A DNA stretch of 64,000 nt, from positions 10,272-74,271 of the forward strand of contig JAHDQN010000005.1 in the NCBI GenBank assembly GCA_018433775.1. Direction: 5' to 3'. The notes below the pieces were generated by a model. That model was not told the DNA's origin. It searched no databases and saw only the letters and a list, made by a program, of their open reading frames with translations. This document shows positions 1 through 7,588 of the stretch, one piece after another; the stretch's first letter is position 1; each line of letters starts with the position of its first letter. Source of the stretch: Deltaproteobacteria bacterium. Lineage in GTDB: Bacteria > Desulfobacterota > Desulfomonilia > UBA1062. Made by a program: the position numbers and the translations under genes.

Positions 1-999
1 GTCCGGATAAATCAGCCGGCGGTGCTCGCCCAGCGGCAGCTCCCCCGCCGGGAGACTCAGCACATAAGCCTTTGGACAGGTGCTGCCCGTGACAACGATT
101 CCCGTGGGATACTCCTTCTTGACAGGGATGGTGTCAAGGTCCTTCCGGGCTTTGCCAAGCCGGCCGTCCAGCTGTTTCTGCAATTTCCCCTGGACCGCGT
201 CCCTTCCGGACAACCTGGCCCCGTCAACCTTGGCCCGGGCATCGTGGTCTTTGGCCGAGAGGCCCCGTTTGGGGTTCATTCCGGCGGATTTCGATGCCTT
301 GTGCTTGCGTCTGGCGTGCTCGCGCTCGAGCTTGTCCAGCCTGAAACGGGCGGCATCGAGCCGGCTCGCAGCCGATTCCTTTTCCATCCGTGCCTGCTCT
401 GCTCCGGCTGAATAATTGCCGGGCCGCAGAATCGCAGCGGGGCTCTCGATGAACACACACTCCCTGCAGAGATTATCCAGGAGCTCGCGGTCGTGGCTCA
501 CGAGCAGCCCGGTTCCCCTGTACCTCTTCAGGGCACGGTACAGCAGGTTTTTCGTGGCTGCATCCAGGTGGTTGGTGGGTTCGTCCAGGGCCAGCAGATC
601 GGGATTGAGATACAGGGCGGACGCGATCTGAAACCTTTTGCGCTCGCCGAAGCTCAGGCTCTCCCAGCGGAGCAGGTCCTCGTCTTTCAGATCGAGATCG
701 GCCTTCAGGATGAGAGAGTCGCGGTCCTGGGCTGCCATGAGCTGTTCGACCCCTTCGGGCGGGTCGTCCGTGCGCTGCGGGCAGTAGCAGACCAGCTCCG
801 GAATGCTGACGAGGCCACGGTCGGGCTGCAGCCTTCCGCACGCAAGGAAGAGAAGGGTGGTTTTGCCGGCGCCGTTGGGACCGACAACACCGGTCCAGCC
901 GCGGGAAAAATGGAGGGTCACGCCGCTCAGCAGCTCACCCGTCATGGAGTCGTAGGAAAAATCGACATTGTCGAAACGCAAGAAAGTCCGATGGGTCAT
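1..999 (-). CDS. ABC-F family ATP-binding cassette protein (N-terminal ATPase domain plus linker; 3' part lies beyond the window edge)
   Basis: Reverse-strand ATG at comp(997-999) gives MTHRTFLRFDNVDFSY... The reading frame stays open to position 1. Walker A is GPNGAGKTT, the ABC signature is LSFGERKR, and Walker B is LLALDEPTNHLD. The PTNHLD motif is the ABC-F hallmark. A charged coiled-coil linker follows (ARMEKESAASRLDAARFRLDKLERE). Confidence 0.8.
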   Translation of the reverse strand, partial: MTHRTFLRFDNVDFSYDSMTGELLSGVTLHFSRGWTGVVGPNGAGKTTLLFLACGRLQPDRGLVSIPELVCYCPQRTDDPPEGVEQLMAAQDRDSLILKADLDLKDEDLLRWESLSFGERKRFQIASALYLNPDLLALDEPTNHLDAATKNLLYRALKRYRGTGLLVSHDRELLDNLCRECVFIESPAAILRPGNYSAGAEQARMEKESAASRLDAARFRLDKLEREHARRKHKASKSAGMNPKRGLSAKDHDARAKVDGARLSGRDAVQGKLQKQLDGRLGKARKDLDTIPVKKEYPTGIVVTGSTCPKAYVLSLPAGELPLGEHRRLIYPD

Positions 1000-1403
1000 T
1001 CGTAAGCACCTTTCATACCTACCCGGGCCGGCCCGGAAGAGGGAAGACAGTGCAGCGGCCCATGAACAGGTGCGATGAATGTTCGAGTGTTTCCTGACAG
1101 CCGCTGGGCTCGATCCCCCGGGCCGGAACGGTTGGTTTCTTTTAGGAAAAAGCCGCGGCTTTTCCAAAAAAAGGATGTTCCTCTGTTCCTGGCTTGGGGA
1201 CAGGTTCCATTAGCGGCTGTTTTTCATTCCCGTGCTCTCCAGATATGAAGGATTCTAAAAGGATGCATACTTCATTCAGACCGTGACTGTCAACATCTGC
1301 CCGGCGAGACCAAAGCCGCATCTCAAGAAAACAGAAGGCCGTGGCTTGCATCAAACGCAGATCCACCTCCTTCTTGAACCGGTCGATTCTCTCTGACAGG
1401 AAA

Positions 1404-1444
1404 GTTGACAATAAAACGAATAATGAGTTGACAACAGGTTGACG
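1404..1444 (+). promoter_or_regulatory. Triad of GTTGACA boxes (GTTGACA 1404-1410, GTTGACA 1427-1433, GTTGACG 1438-1444) immediately upstream of the HTH-ATPase-STAS gene; candidate operator and/or -35 elements
   Basis: Read directly in the sequence. The three boxes sit at offsets 0, +23 and +34, the same as the second triad at 2470-2510. The ATG at 1456 lies 12 nt downstream. Confidence 0.5.
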
Positions 1445-1455
1445 ATAGATACTAT

Positions 1456-2481
1456 GTGCATATGATATCAAGGGAAGAAGTGCTTTATTTTATCAAGATG
1501 AACAAGTCTGTAAACGGGCACGATGTCGCCGGACATTTTGGAATCTCCCGGCAGGCAGCCAACAAACATATCAAGGCGCTGCTGATCGAGGGGAAGATCA
1601 TAAAGGAAGGCGTTACCAGGGGCGCACGGTACAAGCCGGCCGATGCAGCCGGCAGGGCGGCGCGATCACGGGGCATTCAAAGAAAATATGCATTGAGCGG
1701 CCTTGAGGAGCATGAGACATTCAGCCGGATATCAACCCTGCTCAATCTTGAAAACAGCGTAAGCAACGCTGCGTATACAATCATCAGGCACGCATTTACC
1801 GAGATGCTCAACAATGCGATCGATCATTCACTGTCAGAGTCCTGCGTTGTCCATTTTGAGCTTGATCAGTACGAATGCAGCTTCACTGTCCGGGATTTCG
1901 GCATCGGCATCTTTCACTCCATCTGCACGAAAATCGGCCTTAAGGATGAACATGATGCGCTCGGCCAGCTCCTGAAAGGGAAAACCACGACCATGGAGGA
2001 GCGGCATTCCGGCGAGGGCGTTTTTTTCACCTCCAAGGCCGGCGACCGGATGTCCATCAGATCACATCGCATAAGGATCGAATTTGACAATGTCCGGAGA
2101 GACGTCATTGTTGAAGAAAAGCGTTTCATCAAAGGGACAGAGATATTCTTCTCTATTTCCAGGCGCTCAAGGCGGGATCTCTCCGCCATTTTCAGGGAGT
2201 ACTCACCTGAAATGTTCGATTTCCGGTTCGAGAAAACCAGGGTGCGCGTCAACCTGACAATAAAGGAGCTTGTCTCACGATCCGAGGCCAAGCGGCTCCT
2301 GTTCGGCCTTCACAAATTCCGGGAAATCGTTCTGGATTTCAGAAAGGTAAAGACCATAGGGCAGGGGTTCGCCGATGAGATATTCCGCGTCTTTCCCAGG
2401 GAAAACCCGGGAACGGTCATAAAACCCGTGAATGAGAACCAGGTCATAGCGCAGATGATCAGGCACGTGGTTGACAAATAA
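1456..2481 (+). CDS. Fusion protein: N-terminal winged-helix HTH + GHKL (RsbW/anti-sigma-kinase-like) ATPase + C-terminal STAS-like (DUF4325-like) domain
   Basis: The HTH region is GHDVAGHFGISRQAANKHIKALLIEGKI. The GHKL N-box is FTEMLNNAIDHS, the G1 box is VRDFGIGIF and the G2-like box is GEGVFF. The C-terminal stretch ...LDFRKVKTIGQGFADEIFRVF resembles a STAS/anti-sigma-antagonist fold. An alternative ATG exists at 1462. Confidence 0.65.
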   Translation: MHMISREEVLYFIKMNKSVNGHDVAGHFGISRQAANKHIKALLIEGKIIKEGVTRGARYKPADAAGRAARSRGIQRKYALSGLEEHETFSRISTLLNLENSVSNAAYTIIRHAFTEMLNNAIDHSLSESCVVHFELDQYECSFTVRDFGIGIFHSICTKIGLKDEHDALGQLLKGKTTTMEERHSGEGVFFTSKAGDRMSIRSHRIRIEFDNVRRDVIVEEKRFIKGTEIFFSISRRSRRDLSAIFREYSPEMFDFRFEKTRVRVNLTIKELVSRSEAKRLLFGLHKFREIVLDFRKVKTIGQGFADEIFRVFPRENPGTVIKPVNENQVIAQMIRHVVDK

Positions 2482-2510
2482 TGTTTGGACAGGTTGACAA
2501 TCGGTTGACA
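2470..2510 (+). promoter_or_regulatory. Second triad of GTTGACA boxes (2470-2476, 2493-2499, 2504-2510) overlapping the stop codon of the HTH-ATPase-STAS gene
   Basis: Three perfect GTTGACA heptamers sit at offsets 0/+23/+34. This is the same geometry as the upstream triad at 1404-1444. The TAA stop (2479-2481) lies inside the module. Confidence 0.5.
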
Positions 2511-2734
2511 AGAAGGTTCGAGGGAAAGATGACGTCAGGACCAAGAAGGGGATGCTTTCCCCGCACCCTCTTAAGCGGTACCGGAAACCGGCGACCGCTT
2601 CCCGGGTGATCGGATCTGAAGGCCCGGCCATGAGTGTGAGCGGACAATCAGTGGTATGAATTTTCAACGGCAAACCCTGGCCTTTCCCCGGCAAGCTCCA
2701 GGGGAATCAGCCCCGCCCTTTTAACTACACGGTG

Positions 2735-2846
2735 TCGTAAGTGCGCAAGCGAAATATCCAAGCAACCAAAGAGTGATTTTTGGCTGCGGGATAGCGGTTC
2801 TGTTCACTCAGTACCTGCTGCCGTAAGTGCGCATACGAAAATCAAG
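2735..2846. repeat. Two ~26-bp direct repeats (CGTAAGTGCGCA[A/T][G/A]CGAAA[T/A]AT-CAAGCA) at 2735-2760 and 2821-2846 inside a ~460-bp non-coding stretch
   Basis: tCGTAAGTGCGCAagCGAAATATCCAAGCA aligns with cCGTAAGTGCGCAtaCGAAAATCAAGCA. There are only two copies and they are not CRISPR-like. Confidence 0.45.
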
Positions 2847-2945
2847 CAGTCGTAGGGCGTTTTATTGACTGCATGATTGTGATTGCGGAAACTTAATCCT
2901 CAAGTAGAGAAGGCGAATGAGTATTGATGTCATAAGGGCGCTTTT

Positions 2946-3143
2946 TTATGAGCCAGGCTCGTGCGCCTTCCTGCCGTAGACACGCTCGTATGCCCTGCAG
3001 AACGGGCACAGGCCGTCCTCGATGGACTTGACGAACCAGAAGGCAAAGCCCTTCTGCTCGGCCCTTGCCCGGCGGCATACCGGGCACTCGACGCACCGTT
3101 GCGCCATCTTCCTGTCCCTTTCGCTGACTGCTGCCGGTTTCAT
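2946..3143 (-). CDS. Small zinc-ribbon protein (65 aa, two CxxC pairs)
   Basis: Internal ATG at comp 3143 is preceded by AGGAGG about 8 nt upstream on the reverse strand. Translation is MKPAAVSERDRKMAQRCVECPVCRRARAEQKGFAFWFVKSIEDGLCPFCRAYERVYGRKAHEPGS. The longer 114-aa ORF extension lacks an RBS. Confidence 0.5.
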   Translation of the reverse strand: MKPAAVSERDRKMAQRCVECPVCRRARAEQKGFAFWFVKSIEDGLCPFCRAYERVYGRKAHEPGS

Positions 3144-3389
3144 TCCCTGACCTCCTTTTCTCTTCCACTGTGGGGAAGAGACACGTACACACACTGTATC
3201 CGGATACGGACCACGAATGGCCTGTGGAGCAACCCCCGCAGGGATATCCTTCCAGGTCCGCTTTGGATGACTAAGAAGGTGGAACCACATCCCCCTTCGA
3301 TAGTGCGGCGTGATGCCGGACCGAAGGGCTCGCCCTCTCAGAAACCCATGCCGCTGATCGATGCCGTATAAATAATAACGGCCCGGCGG

Positions 3390-5504
3390 CTAGAAGGAAT
3401 GCTTCCCGGTCGAGATGCCCATGGCCTTCATCTTCTCATAGAGCCACGACCGGCTGATGCCGAGGATTCTGGCCGCCTGGGCCTTGTTCCCCCGGGCCTG
3501 CTCCAGTGCCTGGAGCACGATCTCCCGTTCGTGGTCTTCCCGGCTGGACTTAAGCATCCGCCGCCCCGGCGGGGATTCGGGCCTTGCGGGGGCGTGGCGG
3601 GCTCTCTCGCGCAGGTACCGGGGCAGGTCGTGCCTTTCGATGACAGCGCCCCGGGCGAAGTTGATGCCCCGCTCGATCACGTTCTCCAGCTCGCGGACAT
3701 TGCCCGGCCAGTCGTGGTCGAAGAAGATCTCCCGCACCTCTGCCGACACGTTCCGGATGCCGGTCCCGAAGATGCGGTTGTACTTGTCCAGGAAATACTG
3801 CACCAGCAGGTCGATGTCCCGGCAGCGCTCCCTCAGCGGAGGGATGTGCAGGTGGATGACGTTGAGCCGGTAGAAGAGGTCGGGACGGAACCGCCCCTGC
3901 ATCACCAGCTCCTCGATGTCCTGGTTGGTGGCTGCGATGAACCGGGCATCGACCCTCTGGGGCGTGTTCGATCCGATGGGCTCGAAGCACTTGTCCTGGA
4001 TCACCCGAAGGAGCTTGCCCTGCAGCGTCAGGGGCAGGTCCCCGATCTCGTCCAGGAAAAGCGTGCCGCCGTCGGCCATGGCGAGCTTGCCTTTTTTGCC
4101 GGAGCGGCTGGCACCCGTGAACGCGCCGGGTGCATAGCCGAAAAACTCCGACTCCATGAGGCTGTCGGGAATGGCGGCGCAGTTCACCTTGACGAGCGGG
4201 CCCGTGCGGTAGCCGCTGCCGTGGTGGATGGCCTGGGCGATGAGCTCTTTGCCCGTGCCGCTCTCGCCGGTGATGAGGATGTTCGAGGTGCCCCGCGACA
4301 CGATCCCGGCCTCGTCGATGATCTGCCGAAAGGCCGGGTCAGCGGTGACGATCTGATGGAATCCGTCTCCGGGCTCGGTCTCCTCTGGCCCGGACCGGGC
4401 GGAGCCCGCGATCTCCCGGTCGACGTGCGCGAGCTTCCGGGCCAGCTCCTTGATCTCGTCGAGGTTCCTAAACAGAATCTTGCCCACGGCCCCCACCACC
4501 TGTCCTTTCCGGATGATGGGCAGGGAGGACACCACATAGGGGGTGCCTGCGATGAACTGCAGCCGGTTCATCTCGGGCACTCCGGTCCTGATGACCTTCA
4601 TGATCCGGGTGTTCTCGATGACCTCCTCCACGGGCCTGCCCAGGATGTGGTTCTCGTCCCTCCTCAGGAAGCGCTCCGCCGCCTGGTTTGCCATGGATAT
4701 CAGGCCCTGTTCGTCCACCACGATGATCCCGTCATAGGCGAGGTCCATCACCGACTGCAGGGTCCGGTAGAGCTTGGTGACGCTCTCCAGTTCGGTGATG
4801 ATGCGCACCAGGTCGGTCACGTCCTGGAACACGATGATGGCGCCCGTGATCTCCCCCTCACGGGTGATGGGGGTGATGTTGCACAGGAGGCTCATGTCCT
4901 GGCCGGTGTAGAGATATCCCACCGAGGGCCGGCCGCCGATCAGTACCTCGTCGAGCTTCAGCCCGGGCAGGAGGGATTCGGCCCGCATGCCCCCGGCCCG
5001 CTCCTGTGTGGTGGAGAGGATCTTCTCCGCGGCCCTGTTGAGATTGACGACGGTGCTGTTCGTATCGAGGACCAGCAGGCCGTTGTACATGGTCTGCAGG
5101 ATCGCGTTGAGCTCGCTGTTGATCTGGGTTTCGCGCCTGAGCATGGCCATGATCAGGCCCGTCTTGGTGAAGATTCCCGTGATCTCCTGATCGTCGTTCA
5201 CCACGACCGCATTGCCGGCCCTGCTCGTACGGACGATCTCCCGCACCTCTTCATAGGGAAGGTTCTCGTTGAGCATCAGGATGTCGGCAGTGAAGAGGCC
5301 GCGTATGGGCGTGTCCGGCAGTGCGCCTTTCGCCAGTGCATCGAAGAGGTTTGCCTTGGTCATGATGCCGATGAGCCGGCCTTTCCCTCTCTCGACCGGA
5401 AGGGCCTCCAGATGTGTCTCCCGGAAGAGCCGGGCCACGGTGCGAAGATCGTCCTCCGGCTTCAGCCTCCGGAAGGAGCAGGTCATCATATCCTTCAGAA
5501 ACAT
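3390..5504 (-). CDS. Sigma-54-dependent transcriptional activator (enhancer-binding protein) with a CBS pair, PAS domains, an AAA+ sigma-54 interaction domain and a Fis-type HTH
   Basis: CBS-like N-terminus (..GIMTKANLFDALAKG.., ..NAVVVNDDQEITGIFTKTGL..). PAS region. AAA+ Walker A GESGTGKELIAQAIHH and GAFTGA motif. C-terminal ARILGISRSWLYEKMKAMGI. The start is taken at ATG comp 5504 (MFLKDMM...). The track's 5516 start is a TTG. Confidence 0.85.
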   Translation of the reverse strand: MFLKDMMTCSFRRLKPEDDLRTVARLFRETHLEALPVERGKGRLIGIMTKANLFDALAKGALPDTPIRGLFTADILMLNENLPYEEVREIVRTSRAGNAVVVNDDQEITGIFTKTGLIMAMLRRETQINSELNAILQTMYNGLLVLDTNSTVVNLNRAAEKILSTTQERAGGMRAESLLPGLKLDEVLIGGRPSVGYLYTGQDMSLLCNITPITREGEITGAIIVFQDVTDLVRIITELESVTKLYRTLQSVMDLAYDGIIVVDEQGLISMANQAAERFLRRDENHILGRPVEEVIENTRIMKVIRTGVPEMNRLQFIAGTPYVVSSLPIIRKGQVVGAVGKILFRNLDEIKELARKLAHVDREIAGSARSGPEETEPGDGFHQIVTADPAFRQIIDEAGIVSRGTSNILITGESGTGKELIAQAIHHGSGYRTGPLVKVNCAAIPDSLMESEFFGYAPGAFTGASRSGKKGKLAMADGGTLFLDEIGDLPLTLQGKLLRVIQDKCFEPIGSNTPQRVDARFIAATNQDIEELVMQGRFRPDLFYRLNVIHLHIPPLRERCRDIDLLVQYFLDKYNRIFGTGIRNVSAEVREIFFDHDWPGNVRELENVIERGINFARGAVIERHDLPRYLRERARHAPARPESPPGRRMLKSSREDHEREIVLQALEQARGNKAQAARILGISRSWLYEKMKAMGISTGKHSF

Positions 5505-5671
5505 GGCTCTCGGCAAAATCCTCCATTAGATGCCAACGATTTATATTTCATACATATATCATTCCCGGCCTGAAATGAAGGTCGATTTTCAAAAACGGCA
5601 TCTGCGGACAGGCAGTCATTTTCGATGAAGGCGCCTAACCAGAGGAAAACAATTGATAAAACAACAGGCCA

Positions 5672-5685
5672 GGCCCTTGATAAGC
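5672..5685 (+). promoter_or_regulatory. Candidate sigma-54 (-24/-12) promoter GGcccttgataaGC upstream of the decarboxylase gene
   Basis: It obeys the GG-N10-GC rule. It lies about 90 nt upstream of ATG 5777 and opposite a divergent sigma-54 activator gene. Two TTGATAA direct repeats (5654-5660 and 5677-5683) are spaced 23 bp apart. The match to the TGGCAC-N5-TTGC consensus is only partial. Confidence 0.3.
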
Positions 5686-5776
5686 TCAGATAATATGTTA
5701 ATATTACAATACATCCTCATCTGATCTTAAAAGGTGTGTCCATTTCAAGGCAGATGCCTGGTAAAGGAGGTTTCGT

Positions 5777-7306
5777 ATGGAGAAAAGCGCAAAGGTGATC
5801 GATGAGTGTCTCTCGGTTCGCGGCAGCCGTCTGTTCATGGAGGAGTGCGATACGGTGGGCCTGGTGGAGCGGTTCGGGTCTCCCATCTTCGTGATCTCGG
5901 AAGACCAGCTGAGACGCAATATGAGGAGGTACGTCAAGGCCTTCTCGGACCGGTGGAGGGAGGGGGAGGTGAACATCCTGCCCGCCATCAAGGCCAACTG
6001 GCTTCTCGCCCTGCGCCGGATACTCACCCAGGAAGGGGCGGGATGTGATGTGTATTCCGCAGGGGAGCTGCACTCGGCCCTCCAGTCGGGGGTCGACCCC
6101 ATGCTCGTCTCGGTCAACGGCGGAGGCAAGAGCGAGGAGCACATCGCCAACTGTATCGGTGCCGGGGTGAAGATTACCGTGGACGATCTGGACGAGCTCG
6201 ACCTCATCGAGCAGACAGCCCGCAAGGCAGGCGGGAAGGCAAGCATCCGCCTCAGGCTGAGGCCCGATTTCCCCAATCTCTGGCAGCCCACCGGCTTCGC
6301 CAATGAGCTCGTACCCATCGACATCGGGTTTCAGGTCTACAAGAACGGCATCCCCACCGAGCACGTGGTCTCCATGGGCAGAAGGGCCCTTGCATCCGAA
6401 CACCTGGATCTGGTGGGCGTCCACATCCATCTGGGCCGCCATCACTACAGCCTCGCCGTCTGGGAGGAGCTCATCAGGCGCTATGTGGAGCTCATTGCCG
6501 AGCTGAAAACCCTGTGGGGGGGCTGGGAGCCATCCGAGATCGATGTGGGCGGCGGCATTCCCTCTCCCCGAGATCCCTTCGGGAAGATCATCGGCTCCAC
6601 GGCGGACAACCTCCTGTTCGCGGGCCTGTTCGCCGGCATGTATGCGCTGAAGGCGCTGGGAGAGCAGAGGAGGTACCGGATCATCTCCCGGCTCATGGGC
6701 CTCATCCTGGGAAGGAAGGGGAATAAGGCCAAGATCCCTTCCATCGAGGAGTACGCGGACCGGATCACCACCACCTTAAGAACCGGGATGACCCGCCGCG
6801 GCCTCACCACCAGAGGGGTGAGGCTGCAGATCGAGCCTGGACGGAGCATGTACGGCAACGCGGGCATCCACCTGAGCAGGGTGCTCAAGACCAAGCACCA
6901 GACCCGGCCCATCGCATGGAACTGGGTGCTGCTGGATACCACGTACTTCTTCATGGCGGGGGGTGTGTTCGAGAACAATCTCCACCCCTTCATCGTAGCC
7001 AACAGGGCGGACGAGAAGCCCTGCAAGCTCGCCGACATCGTGGGCAGGTCGTGCTATGCCGACCGGATGATCCCCGAGGTGCGCATACCCGACGTACAGC
7101 CGGGCGACATCTTCGCCATCCTGGAGACGGGGGCCTATCAGGAGGTGTCCACCAGCAATTTCAACGCCATGCCCAGGCCAGCCACCATCCTGGTCACGGG
7201 CGATCAGGCGCAGGTCATCAAGCGGGCCGAGACACAGGAGGAGGTGTTTGCCAGGGACATCGTTCCCAAGAGGTTGCTGAAGAATACCATGAAGAAGACG
7301 GGATAG
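5777..7306 (+). CDS. PLP-dependent decarboxylase of the Orn/DAP/Arg decarboxylase (alanine-racemase-fold, group IV) family, unusually long (509 aa) with an internal insertion
   Basis: RBS AAAGGAGG precedes the ATG. PLP-lysine motif ILPAIKAN, GGG(I)P motif DVGGGIPSP, and C-terminal ETGAYQ. The substrate cannot be assigned from sequence. Confidence 0.7.
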   Translation: MEKSAKVIDECLSVRGSRLFMEECDTVGLVERFGSPIFVISEDQLRRNMRRYVKAFSDRWREGEVNILPAIKANWLLALRRILTQEGAGCDVYSAGELHSALQSGVDPMLVSVNGGGKSEEHIANCIGAGVKITVDDLDELDLIEQTARKAGGKASIRLRLRPDFPNLWQPTGFANELVPIDIGFQVYKNGIPTEHVVSMGRRALASEHLDLVGVHIHLGRHHYSLAVWEELIRRYVELIAELKTLWGGWEPSEIDVGGGIPSPRDPFGKIIGSTADNLLFAGLFAGMYALKALGEQRRYRIISRLMGLILGRKGNKAKIPSIEEYADRITTTLRTGMTRRGLTTRGVRLQIEPGRSMYGNAGIHLSRVLKTKHQTRPIAWNWVLLDTTYFFMAGGVFENNLHPFIVANRADEKPCKLADIVGRSCYADRMIPEVRIPDVQPGDIFAILETGAYQEVSTSNFNAMPRPATILVTGDQAQVIKRAETQEEVFARDIVPKRLLKNTMKKTG

Positions 7307-7481
7307 TACTACAGTCCCTTCATCAGGTGATCGGGATCAGCAACATACCGCCGCAAGGCCGGCACAGGCCATCATCACGACCGTGCCGGCCAACTCGGAA
7401 GGATCGCGGGGGGAATGCATCGCAGTTGTCACAGTGACCGTCTCCATCGCTGTCCGACCATTGGGTGTCGTCGTATGCGAA

Positions 7482-7512
7482 GATTATTTTATTTTTTAAA
7501 TAAAAAATAATC
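7482..7512. other. 31-bp pure A/T imperfect palindrome (gattattttattttttaaataaaaaataatc) in the intergenic region between the decarboxylase and thiolase genes
   Basis: The 9-bp arms GATTATTTT / AAAATAATC flank an AT loop. This is highly atypical for this GC-rich DNA. Its role is unknown; it could be a weak terminator, an UP element, or a binding site for a DNA-bending protein. Confidence 0.4.
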
Positions 7513-7588
7513 CACGAGCACCTGGGTTCGAGTGTTTCTTCCCTGTGGTTATTGACACAGAAACCGGAAGATTCTATATTTACGGGCA

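Noticed and set aside
3399-5573. 724-aa plus-strand ORF
   Set aside because: It is exactly antisense to the well-supported sigma-54 activator gene. Its translation is low-complexity and Arg/Gly/Pro/Asp/Leu-rich, with no motifs. This is the typical high-GC shadow ORF.
7525-7545. tRNA-like T-loop fragment (GGTTCGAGTG)
   Set aside because: There is no acceptor stem, D-arm or anticodon arm around it. It is not a tRNA.
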